A DNA stretch of 62,686 nt, counting the filler, from Chiloscyllium plagiosum (Eukaryota), in assembly GCF_004010195.1 (NCBI RefSeq). It is 3 parts of one record of this genome, joined end to end, with 100 filler letters (N's around TTAATTAATTAA, not from the genome) between each part and the next. Parts side by side here need not be neighbours in the genome. Positions count along the whole stretch, not along the records: positions 1 to 22,754 come from NC_057714.1; 2 more parts are not named here. One strand, written 5' to 3'. Position 1 is the stretch's first letter. Each line of letters starts with the position of its first letter. Made by a program: the position numbers and the translations under genes. Shown here one piece after another: positions 1-11,959 of this stretch. The notes below the pieces were generated by a model that saw only the letters and a program-made list of their open reading frames with translations, ran no database searches and was not told where the DNA came from.

Positions 1-523
1 TTTAGATCTGGTCTGTCCTTTTCCATCACTATTTTAAAACGAATAGAATTATGGTCTCTGGCCCCAAAGTGCTCCCCCACTGATACCTCAGTCACCTGCC
101 CTGCCTTATTTCCCACGAGTAGGTCACGTTTTGCACCTTCTCTAGTAGGTACATCCACATACTGAATCAGAAAATTGTCTTGTACACACTTAAGAAATTC
201 CTCTCCATCTAAACCTTTAACACTATGGCAGTCCCAGTTGATGTTTGGAAAGTTAAAATCCCCTACCATAACCACCCTATTACTCTTACAGATAGCTGAG
301 ATCTCCTTACAAGTTTGTTTCTCAATTTTCCTCTGACTATTGGGGGATCTATAATACAATCCCAATAAGGTGATCATCCCTTTCGTATTTCTCAGTTCCA
401 CCCAAATAACTTCCTTGGATGTATTTCTGGGAATATCCTCCCTTAGCACAGCTATAATGCAATCCCTTATCAAAAATGCCACTCCCCCTCCTCTTTTGCC
501 TCCCTTTCTATCCTTCCTGTAGC
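1..523 (-). mobile_element. CR1-type LINE, ORF2 AP-endonuclease fragment (runs off window edge)
   Basis: Minus translation YRKDRKGGKRGGGVAFLIR...VIWVEL...YRSPNS...VVMVGDFNFPNINW...DHNSIRF contains the APE motifs (GDFN, DH) typical of CR1. Confidence 0.85.
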
Positions 524-1094
524 GTTCTGAAATGGTTGCAAATAGTGAGACACTGTTGAGATACATCAGGCTTGGGAACTTAATTATATTGGGTGATGAA
601 GAGTGCAGGAAAGATGGGGAAAATGATAAAAAAGATAAGTAGCTCAGGTGAAAATATGATGGGAGGTAAGCAGGCAGGGAGACTGCAGATTTAGATTGAA
701 TGGTTTCATGTTTTTCAATGCAAGGGTCAAACATTCTAAAATGATGATGTTACCTCGTGTTTAAGAAAACATTTCCCTGGTTAGAATTGGATTTCACACA
801 AGGTATTGTTTTAGTTGAAGCTTTGGCCAGTAATGGCATACAATGTAAAGCTCGAAATTACAATCAGTACTGATCAGTTTATGACAACTGCACAAAATTC
901 CACTCACTATTAGCACAATGAAATAATTTCTTTTTACCAAGTTGACATCTGTTAAATTAGTTTAGATTAATTTGGTGTTCACAGGGACTCGTATGAGACC
1001 GTCACAAATCATTTAAGCCTGAAATATACAACAATGCTTAATATCAAACTTGAAGTTGTCACATTAATCTTAATGTTGGTTACTCTCTGTGAAG

Positions 1095-1223
1095 GTTGTG
1101 CATTTGGAAACTATACCAGACAATCTGGAGGTGGATCCCAAGACTGGAGATGTGTGGGTTGGGTGTTGTCCCAATAGCTGGAAAATATTCTTTTACCAGC
1201 CTGAAAATGGCCTAGGATCTGAG
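1095..1223 (+). CDS. PON2: Paraoxonase (PON1/2/3 family, PON2-like), penultimate coding exon
   Basis: gaag|GTT...GAG|gttagt; 129 nt, phase 0-0; VVHLETIPDNLEVDPKTGDVWVGCCPNSWKIFFYQPENGLGSE aligns to PON exon 8 (Ca-ligand DN, GC[H]PN). Paralog identity is not resolvable from two exons. Confidence 0.93.
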
Positions 1224-1530
1224 GTTAGTTATGTAAATGTTGAGAAAAATGTAATTTTCTTTCTGATGAGTTGAATTGCTTTAGTTTTAAATTATTCTCA
1301 ATCAGTGGATGCTACCTTCGTAGCATCTGCCATGCTGAACAGTTCAATATACCTATAGTTGTATTCCCTGCTTCAGGTCTATAAATATTAAAATAAATCT
1401 TGTGCTAAGAACTCACACCTCTGAAGTTGCAAAATATAAACCAATCCTGATATTTTGTCTCTATTTATTTAAAAATTTACAGTATATTGGCATTATTCTA
1501 TATATTTCTAATAGTTCAGACATGTAATGA

Positions 1531-1724
1531 CATGGAAGGACTGGTGTTGGACTGGAGTGGACAAGGTCAAAAGTCACACAACACCAGGTTATTGTCCAAC
1601 TGGTTTATTTGACATCACAAGCTTTTGGAAGACTGCTTCTTCACCTGATGAAGGAGCTGTGCTCCGAAAGGTTGTGATTGCAAATAAACTTGGACTATAA
1701 CCCGGTGTCGTGTGACATATGACC
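1531..1724. mobile_element. Short PLE-terminus-derived inverted-repeat element
   Basis: Quasi-palindromic; homologous to the PLE end at 25136-25260; flanked by CAG(A/G)CATGTAATGA at 1517-1530 and 1725-1738. Confidence 0.7.
1641..1677 (+). ncRNA. Minimal type I hammerhead ribozyme motif
   Basis: UCAC-CUGAUGA-A-GGAGC-ugu-GCUCC-GAAAG-GUU-GUGA: conserved core, 5-bp stem II, 4-bp stem I; stem III palindrome mutated (AGGU instead of AGCU). Confidence 0.6.
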
Positions 1725-2159
1725 CAGGCATGTAATGATACTAATTAAACAAATGGCATTTGAACCTGGGCTCCCTGGCTGAGAGGTGAGGGCGCAACCA
1801 CCATGCCATAGGAACCCCTTGGCAATAATATATAAATATTACAATGAAAGAGCTTCTCTAGTAAATGTTTATCTGCATTTGTTTTAAAGATTATTCAAAT
1901 CTGAGTAAAATAGATTAAAATAATTTAAAAGTAAGTCTATGTAGAAGTGATGTTTTAAACAAGTGTTCAATGAGGAACAATGAATTCTGTTTGACAAACA
2001 TTTAGCTGCACTTAAATAATCTTGAACTGAAGAAAACAATATGTACTTACATGCCTATTAAAATTAGAAGAGCCACGTTTCAGCTAGGTAATGGCATCAC
2101 CTAGAAAAACAGTTTTTGTTTTCAGTGGGCTACAATGTATGGAGAGTTGTTTTGGTTAA

Positions 2160-2351
<192 letters not shown>

Positions 2352-2404
2352 CTGAGTTGATGTGTGCTTTTACAGCTGGGAATGTTCTATCTGTTCAGAC
2401 AGTG

Positions 2405-2410
2405 AATAAA
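2405..2410 (+). terminator. Poly(A) signal of PON gene
   Basis: AATAAA about 54 nt after the stop codon. Confidence 0.6.
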
Positions 2411-2599
2411 AGATTTGTAATACTTCCTTTCATTTAGACTGTGACATTAGTGCCAATGTTAGTGGTTTCATTTTGTGTGTAAAATGGAATTAAATTGGGA
2501 TGTAATTTTTTTTGTAAAATATCCTTTATGATTGGAGAGTTTTAGGAGAAGGTCTAAAATGCATTCAGTTCTAGTTGAAGTAAATATATGTAAACATAT

Positions 2600-4450
2600 G
2601 TTAAGAGGAGTGGTCCTGTGACAATTCAACAAAATCATGACTCCTGATTATAACCACAAACCCTTATTTCTTCCAACCCCTTACTATCAAGCAACTATTC
2701 CCCTCTGCCTAAAACTATTCAAATATTCTGCTTCCATGGCCTTTCGAGGAGGAGAGTTCCAAAGATTCATAACCCTCTGAGAAAAACCATTTTTCCCTAT
2801 CACTGTCTTAAATGAGTAATGCTTTATTTTCAAATAGTGACCCTTAGATATAGATTCTCCCAAAAGAGGAAACATCTTTGCCACATCCATCCTGTTATGT
2901 ACCCTCAAGATATTGTATGTTCAATCAAGTTGTCTTGTGCTCTTCTAAATTCCAGTGGCTAGGAGGAAGTGACGACTGCAGATGCTGGTGATCAGAGTCA
3001 AAAAGTGTGGCACTGGAAAAGCACAGCAGGTCAGGCAGCATTCGAGGAGCATTGCTGATTAAGGGCTTCTGCCTGAAACATTGTATCTTCTGCTTCAATG
3101 ACTCTTGGATGCTGCCTGACCTGCTGTGCTTTTCCAGCACTACACTTTTTGACTCTAAATTCCAATCGTACAAACATAGTCTGTCCAAATTTCCCTCATA
3201 AGTGAGCCCACCCATTCCATGTATAAGTCTAAGTAAATTTCTCTGAGCTGATTTCAATATATTTGCATCCTTTCTTAAATAATGAGACCAATACATAGTA
3301 CTTGAGATTAGTTTCACTGATGCTCTATAAAACATTCTGTTAGCATCCTAGTTACTTGCAGTACCTGCAAGCTTCTTGTGATTCATGCCCTGGAATACCC
3401 AGATTCCTCTGTATCTCAGATGACTGCAATCATGCAACTTTTAGAAAGAATGTTTCTTATTTGTTCTTTTGGCCAAGATGAATAACTTCGAATTTTCCCA
3501 CGTTATTTTCAATTTGCCAGATTTTTGCTGACTCATTTAACTGACCTGTGTATCTTTGGAGCCTCTTTATATGTTCTTCACAACTTACTTTGTATCGTTG
3601 GAAAATTTAGCAAACACACATTTGATCCATTCATCCAAATCATTCATATGAATTGTAAAAGGTTCAGGCCCCAGCATTGATTCCTGTAGCACCGCTTTGC
3701 ATTTTTATTTTCTGAAAAAAGACTTATTTCTGCTTACTCTGTTTCCTGTTAGTCAATATTCTATCTATACCTAAATCCCCTATATCATGATTTTATTTTT
3801 TGTAATAACCTTTGGTGTGACATTTTATCAAAAACCTTCTTGACATCTAGGTATAGCATTGTACCAGTTCCCCAATTAAAGCCAATGCACCAACTATCAC
3901 AGCCACTTCTTTAAGTCCCAAGGATGGAGTCCATCAGTCCAGCCAGAAAATACAACAATTTGCTCAGTATCATTTATCTAGGGATTGTCATTTTTCTTTA
4001 GTTCCCCTTCGCTTCCCTTTCATTTCCTGATTTATAGCTATTTCTAGGATGCTCTTTCATCCCTCCACAGTGAAGACTGATTAAAAATACCTGTTCAATT
4101 CTTCAATCATCATCTTATTTTTCATTACCAATCCCCTGGACTTGCTTTCTTTAATGTTTACTTCGATGCTTTCCATTTTCTTAAAACCACCTATAGAAAT
4201 TCTTACAATGTTTTAAATTTTTCTCATTGTTTTATTTCTTATGTTCTGTCCCAACTTCAGAACTGCCATTTGTTTCACTGGCCACAGATTCCTCCCTTTG
4301 GAATTTTTCTTTCTTGTTGGAATGTATCTACTTTGAAATATTCCCTTAAATGTCTGCCACTATATCTCCACTGACCTATCCCTTAGCTTAATTTTCCAAT
4401 TCACTTTAGCTGGCTCTGCTTTCATAACTTTATAATTGCTAAGTCCTTAT
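2600..4450 (-). mobile_element. Degenerate CR1 LINE RT/3' region
   Basis: Minus ORF remnants such as FSQRVMNLWNSPP and YWSHYLRKD...L.RL.LY are CR1 C-terminal motifs; boundaries approximate. Confidence 0.7.
2962..3153. mobile_element. PLE-derived hairpin mini-element inserted in CR1
   Basis: GGAAAAGCACAGCAGGTCAGGCAGCAT...ATGCTGCCTGACCTGCTGTGCTTTTCC inverted arms; TSD-like TCTAAATTCCA at 2944 and 3154. Confidence 0.75.
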
Positions 4451-6961
4451 ATAAGTTTATGCTAGTAGTATTGAAAATACTAAACATTTATCTCAATTTC
4501 CTATCAATTGAAAGGATGTGAATCTCAGACTTTTCACCAAGATTGGGGCAATTCAGATGGCTGTCTCTGCCACCTCCTCCTTCTGAAGCTCCTTGTAACT
4601 TGCCCTGAATTTGTCTCATTTACCAAGTTTCTCTGCTAGTGTCCTCTCCTGGGTGTACTCTGTCCATGAAACTCACCTCTGTCAATGTTCCCTACTTGGC
4701 TCCTTTTAGCTGATATTGTTACTGATTTTGTTTTAGGTACTGTTACCATCTTCAAATTGGCCTTCATTACCTTGCTGTTTGAAGAAAAATAATGCCTTCT
4801 TCCTTGCAAACTACCACACCAGATCTAAGATCCTTTTCATTTCAAGTCTTTGGGAAGTGACGATACACCCTGGTCAATGCCCATCATGGCTAAAACTCCT
4901 TTTCAGTTCCTCAAATGAGGATTCCATCTGTTCCATGATGCCAAAATGTCTCTCAGTCATAAATGACATCCTAAATCACTATGAAGAAGGTAAACTTAGC
5001 CATTTCCTTTCTGACCTGTCTGCAATCTTTGACACACTTGATCATACCACTTTCTTCCACTATTTTCCACCTTGTTGATGAAAGAGCTAAAGCTGAAAGG
5101 GTTAAATACAAATTCAATTAGAGGTGTTTGTATTAAAAATGTAAGCAGATGGTAAAGATCCAGGCTGCGAGTGAGTGACAGAAATGGAAATACAGCCTAG
5201 ATAGCACAATCAGCCGGATAAGGGGATGGCATGGGTGGACATTAACTGTTGCCTAATCTATGCACTGTGGGAGAAATCGAGTTAGTCTGTATGTTATGAA
5301 TGAAGGAACAAACAATTTATTGTCACATATATTTAGGGAAATACAGTGAAACGTGTTCTGTTTCCACAATCCGCGGCCATTTTGCTGTACAAAAGAATTA
5401 AAGCAAAGTACTTAAATAGAGTTCATCTTCATCGGCTGCAGTCCAAACATGGCTCCAGGATTTCTGCAAGGCCCCCAATTTGGGCTCCCTGAGGCCAGGA
5501 GCCCTGCTCTCAGCACCAACATCACTGCTAAAAGAGTCCATGCTCCAGGCAGTACTGCAGCTAGGAGTCACCGCCGACACAGCACTCTAGCATCCTTGTG
5601 ACATCAAGAAGATGAAAAAGAGACAAAAAGGAAAGTGGAAAAGAATGCAGCTGGCCTGGATTAGCCTAAATGCTACCTACTGTGCTGGTGTTGCCATCTT
5701 GATTGCAGCTGTTAAGTTGCATTTGAAATTGAATAAGTAAGGCGTATAAATGATAACTTCTGGGGTTTTGCTAGAATTCAGTTTTAGACTGGCTCTCCTG
5801 TGTGCACATGAATAAATAATTGTCACTTGTACCAGAGTCTCCTGGTGGTTTGTTGTGTTACCTATCTAACTTTAGCCAGATAACCAATTGCAATGGCTTT
5901 TCTTCCTGCAACCAGTTACCACCGTATCATGTGGATACATTTTTTTGGTCCTTTCCTCGTTCTCATACATGTGCTGCTTTTTAGAAACATCACCAAAAAG
6001 TATCATTTCTACATCTACACTGATAATCATCATCTCTGACCCTCCACTGACAATAATTTATCAAGCTGTTTGCCCAACATCATGTATTGGATGAGGAGAA
6101 ATGTCCTCCAAGTAAACTTTGTGAAAAGCAAAATCAGAAACTTAGCTCCCTTAGCCCACATCTCCATCTCCGGTAACTGTTTAAAATTTTAATGCAATCT
6201 TTCACTCTGAGATGAACTTCTAATCCAAAATACCATCTGTGTAAATGTATGTAGTGGACAGTGATACCCCAAAAATCTCTTGAAACCTGGCCAATTGAAA
6301 TGTTCAAACCTGAGGTTGATAGATTTTCATTAGGTAAGGCTATGTCAAAAGTTCTAAAGCAATGGAGGTAGAGATTCTTCCAGATCAGCCATAAGTAAGG
6401 GATTCTGAGGCCAATTGTTATTATTTTACTACTAGTTGAGCTGAAATTGGCCAATGCATATGTTGTAGGTCAAACCTGAGTCTTCATGGCATAGCTCAGT
6501 TCTACATTAACTATTGCATTTACCCACTTCATCTTTGTAAAGCCTTTCATTTTACTTTTTTCTTCTTCACTCTTGAGGTCTGAACATTTGTGGTAATATT
6601 CCAGGTACACAGTGTGTGGTAATAATTCTTTTTAACTTTGGCAATAACATTGAATGTACATTTCCTAGATGAAGTTCAATGCATGCATAACAAAATGTGA
6701 AGTAATGATATCAATCATAGATGTTTTATCATCGCTATATTTCATTATCAATGTTTTGGCAAATGGACAGAAGTTATATATTCTCTTCTGCCTGTGATCA
6801 CAAAGTTTTGCATGAAACAGAAGTTTTGCATGAAACAGGTAAGTTTTCTTACCCTTGGAATGTGTATCTGAATTAAATAATTCTAGCAGCAAACTCTTGT
6901 AAGTTGTGAAATAGTTTTTTTTAAACACTCTTCCTCTGATTTAAGCGTAATGTTTCACATG

Positions 6962-7274
6962 AAGGGTGGCACAGTGGTCAGCACTGCTGCCTCATAGTGT
7001 CAGGGATCCACATTCAATTCCAGCCTTGGTCAACTGTCTGTCTGGAGGTTGCACATTCTCCACAAGCCTGCATGATTTTCCTCGCACAAAGATGTGCAGG
7101 TTTGGTGGATTGGCCATGCTAAATTGCTCAGTGTCCAGGGATGTGCAAGTTAGGTTTATTAGCCATAGAAAATGCAGGGGTTTACAGGGATATGGTGGGA
7201 TGCTCTTCGGAGGGTTGGTGCAGACTCAATTTGCTGAATGGCCTCTTTATGCACTGTATGGATTCTATGATTCT
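6962..7274 (+). mobile_element. HE1-like tRNA-derived SINE
   Basis: GGCACAGTGGTCAGCACTGCTGCCTCA head, B-box-like TTCAATTC, conserved body, GATTCTAT repeat tail. Confidence 0.8.
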
Positions 7275-8352
7275 ATTTTCACCTTTGTAAAATCATCCAA
7301 CTCCTCCCCAATCCCACTGCTGATGTGCTGCTACTGAAACCTTTGCACTTAACTCCAAAGAACTCCTGGCTGACCTTGCATTTTCGATGATCCAGTAAGT
7401 TGTGGCCATCCAAATTGCTGCCGCTCCTGTTCTAACTCACATCAAGTACTGGTCACCTTGATCCACATTGGCTGACTTTCTCTTGGCAGAACAATAACAA
7501 ACATCACCCTTGTTTTCAAAGTCCTCATTTCTCTCCATTTCAATCCTTAATGATCTGCATTGCTCAATTCTTGTCTCAGTACCAGTTTTAACTGTTTCAA
7601 CTCTTCTGGGCCCTAGACTACGGAATTCACTCCAAAACCTTTTCACCTCTCTACCTCACTTTCCTACTTTAAGGGGCACTATAGCTCCTACCTTTTCTTC
7701 CAAATCTGACCTAGATTCTTCTTACATGAATTAGCCATCACTGTTGCAATAGCTTTGTGAATCACAGTTGTTTTGATACGTTAGATGTGTTACATAAATA
7801 AGGTTATGTTTCTGCTGCATGAAAGATTCAAATGACACTGCCCTTGTATCAACTCAAGTTGGTTAACAGTTTAGTTATTAATAACTCATGTAGAAGCAAA
7901 TTACCACATGAATAGCCCTTTAGTTAGATTTAATTATAATATACAGACATAAACATAATGTCGGTATTATTTGTGGATAATGCAATGATTCTTGCATAGT
8001 CTACATAGTTATGATCAGTAATTAGATTTTAAAAAAAGAAAAAACCTTTTGAATTAAAGGAAAGGAATTGCACTAAAAATCAAGCATATTTAATACAAGT
8101 CTGAATTTAGTGCATGCTTTCTCCTTGAGGTTTTTGATCATTTAAAATAAATATGCCTCTAAAAGTTGGCAACAATTATAAGGTGAAAATAGAATCATAG
8201 AATCCATACAGTGCATAAAGAGGCCATTCAGCAAATTGAGTCTGCACCAACCCTCCGATTTCTGTAATAAGTTTGCAATAATCCACGTATTGTCCACCTT
8301 GCTCTTTTGAACAGAAATAATCGCGACTTTGATAGCATAAATACCAACAGTA

Positions 8353-8559
8353 GCTGAAAATGTGTTGCTGGAAAAGCGCAGCAGGTCAGGCAGCATCCAG
8401 GGAACAGGAGAATCGATGTTTCGGGCATAAGCCCTTCTTCAGGGCTTATGCCCGAAACGTCGATTCTCCTGTTCCCTGGATGCTGCCTGACTTGCTGCGC
8501 TTTTCCAGCAACACATTTTCAGCTCTAATCTCCAGCATCTGCAGACCTCACTTTCTCCC
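8353..8559. mobile_element. Young PLE-derived hairpin mini-element with 15-bp TSD
   Basis: 84-bp inverted arms 8352-8435/8441-8524; TAAATACCAACAGTA at 8338-8352 and 8560-8574. Confidence 0.85.
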
Positions 8560-8778
8560 TAAATACCAACAGTATTCAATAATCTCCTCAAACCTTTACT
8601 TTTAGTGCTTGGCTATGGCACAGCAAGCGCTAGTTTGTACCTTAAGGTTATTGTGGTAACAGATTTGGTGGTCTGCTTTCTCTGAAGTTTGGCTTGTTAA
8701 TGGATTTAAATTGAAACGGTAATCTTTATTAGATAGTTGTTGACATATGAACTGATTCAATGGCTTCAACAACCTTGA

Positions 8779-8888
8779 TTTGGAGATGCCGGTGTTGGAC
8801 TGGGGTGTACAAAGTTAAAAATCACACAACACCGGGTTATAGTCCAACAGGTTTAATTGGAAGCACACCAGCTTTCGGAGTGTCGCTC
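8779..8888 (-). mobile_element. PLE 3'-terminal fragment with 15-bp TSD
   Basis: Reverse complement of 25150-25258-type terminus, truncated within hammerhead stem II; CTTCAACAACCTTGA at 8764-8778 and 8889-8903. Confidence 0.8.
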
Positions 8889-10691
8889 CTTCAACAACCT
8901 TGAATACAGAGTCTTATACTTCATTTGTTTATTTAGCAAACAAGCCATGAATTAGATAACCTTAAGTAAAGTATCAAATAACACAACAGGATATGGAACT
9001 ATGTTTGTGAACAATTTTGAAATATTCTGTTAAAGTGTATGTTGAAGTCAGAATTTCAGATATCCCAAAACACTTCACAGCCATTTAAGTACTTTTTGCA
9101 GTGCAGTTGCTGTTGTAGTCTGGAAAATATAAGTCCATTTGTGCACAGCAAAGTCTCACATATAATAAATTAGTTTCAAGATGATTGAACAATTAATATT
9201 GGCCAAGACCCTTGAATGCATTCCCTTCATAGTTGAAATAGTGCCCATGATACCTTGGTTTATCATCCCAGCTGAAAGCTAATAATACAGTAGTCCCTTA
9301 ATGCTTTGAGCATGATGACCTACCACAGTCACTGAACAACTATGCTTAGTTGTCAGTTTTCACTATTTGCCAGCCTCGTATACATTGATATAGGATAAGT
9401 GCGAGGCTGTGTATTCTCTGGCATGTAATTTATATTCTGATTGCCAAAGCCTTGCTACTGTCTTTGAGGGACTATCACATTATTTTAAAGTCATATATCT
9501 CTGGATTTGGACATTCATGGTTGTGTCAAACTCCAAGCAAAACAGCTGTGTACAAAACAGCCACCTATAATCCAAAGCTCATTAAAACATTTTCAGCATT
9601 GATATATCTAAACAAAAAAAATCTAATTGAAGTAATGCACCAATTCTTAATCAATTTTTGAGATGCAGAGTGAAGTTACCACATACTCTGGCAGCCAATA
9701 TTTCCATAGTTAAATCATAGTGATTTCATGAACTGGAATTATAAAATGTTTTGGGCAAGAAGATTCCAATTAATTCATAATGTAAGAAATTAATGCACCT
9801 CTCATAAAAGCTAATAGCTATGTTAACTCCTTCCATTTGTTTCAAAGGGTGGAATTTTCATACGCCCTGAATTACATGAGCATTGTGTCAGTTGGGAAAA
9901 TATGATGAATCTCAACATTGAGAAAAAAGTCTTATTTGCGAGAAAAAAGTCTTATTTGCCACCCAAAGTTTTAATGGCTTGATGAGAATTTCTCTAGTGT
10001 GTTTTGAGACCTATTTGCAAGTATTAGCATCTCATTATTGCTTAATCCCATGTCATTTATATGCAGTTTGCTATTTTCCCAGGCAGTGGAAAGAAACAAA
10101 ATGGTGACAATTCCTGACAGGAATTCTGAACAGTTATTTGCAGCTCACTGGCATCTTCTCTGGGCCTCCATCTTGACCAACAGGGCATGCTTCAAGGGCA
10201 GCAACTACCTGCATCCTTTGCCATGAAAGTTGGGATCATAAAACAGCAGCCTCACTACATCATGATGCCACATTTGGAACTCACTTATATTACAGTTCAG
10301 TACTTCAAAACAGCGCTTTGGGGATCACTGACACCTTTCATTGCAATGCTGACAGATTGCTTTGTGCACATGGACAGTCATTTGGCCCATGCGGTAAACA
10401 GGGTGCAGCTCAGGACTTTTAACATGTATTCTTAACACATTCAGACTTTTGCACTGACTTGAATGCTCAGAGTATCATTACCTTGCCTTTTGGTGTAGAC
10501 ATAGACAACCAGCTTGTCAGGTTTGGCAGTAATGAACACTCAAGGTCAAGAGGCATGACTGGGAGTCAGTCAGGGGACTGGTCTATCACCACTCAGGAAG
10601 GATGGGGAGGTGTCCAAGTGACAAGCACATTAGGGTTGGAAAGGTTAAAAATTTTGGGGGGATTTTGGAGTGGGTAAAAGGCATTGAATCA

Positions 10692-10965
10692 CTGATTCCC
10701 TACTGTGCAGATATAGGCCATTTGGCCATTGAGTCTAAACTGACCTTCCGAAGAACATCTCATCCAGACCCACCCCTTTAACCCTGTATTTACCATGGAC
10801 AGTACACCTAATCTGCACATCTTTGGACTCAGGGAGGAAACCAGAGCACCTGGCAGAAACTCACACAGGTAGGGGGAGAACATGCAAACTCCACAGTTAT
10901 CCAAGGTTGGAATTGAACCCAGGTCCCTGGTACCATGAATTACCACTGTGCCACAGTGCTGCCAA
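10692..10965 (-). mobile_element. HE1-like SINE
   Basis: Reverse complement of the SINE consensus seen at 27661-27977. Confidence 0.75.
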
Positions 10966-11959
10966 TTGAGATAAGATATTGTATTCAATACTGTGAGTGG
11001 TAGATCATGAGCCTTGTGCAAGGTGGGTGCAATGGCTAGTGAGTGTGAAGGAGAGAGAGTAGATAGTGGCACTTAATTTTATGCAGTGCAGAATATCATT
11101 AAGCTTAGTACAGCCAGTGACCATGGACACTGCACTGATCTGGGTGGCTACTTCAGACTGGATTGGCAGTATTTGACAGTGCATAGTTGGGGTTTAAATA
11201 TGGCATCTGTGGGGTGAATACTGGAAGGTTCCAGCTCTGATGAGTATTTTGGTACTGCTTGTGCAAGATTGAATGTTAACCTGGTGCATACTCACATGAG
11301 GTGAGCTGTGGAAAATTGTATGAGAAACATTGCTCGGGAAACCGTCTTGTGAAATTCCATGAAATTGACCTTTAGCTGACATTGACACAAAGTCAGCCCA
11401 AACAACTTTTCACATCTCTTGCTGAGAAGCTGAATAATTGTTGAGACTCCCTTTGCAATTAAACCTGAAATGTACTGAATTTATCCATCAGTTGTGGAAT
11501 TGTTCTTTAACCATCCAAACTCTTGAACATCCAAAGGAACTTGCTCAGGGAAACTAGCTTTGGATTATTATTTGATAACATTTCTGAATTTGCAATCTAT
11601 TGCAAGATCAGGATCTCCTGTCTATTTCCCTGAACTTCAGATTTTCTTTTAAAATAAATAAAATTCTCTTGACATAGGTTTAACGCAATTTCTGTCATCA
11701 TTTCAACATCTTTTAGTTTACAGCAAACAGCAAAGTAGGTTGTGGAATTTTTTTGGTACTGCTGCAACTGAGAATGTGGCAAATGGAATGATTTAAATGT
11801 AGCACAGAAAACTGCTGTAAATATTCATCCATAACTGGTATAAGCATAAAGCCATGATTATTAAGAAAAGTTAATTCTGAATTATCCTAGAAGAGATTAC
11901 TATGAATAATGTGGTGAAAAAATTGTGAAACATAACATGTGAAATAAACAATTAAGACT

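Noticed and set aside
6803..9960. Short perfect tandem duplications (6803-6838; 9920-9959)
   Set aside because: Ordinary slippage/repair duplications of 17-20 bp with no functional signal
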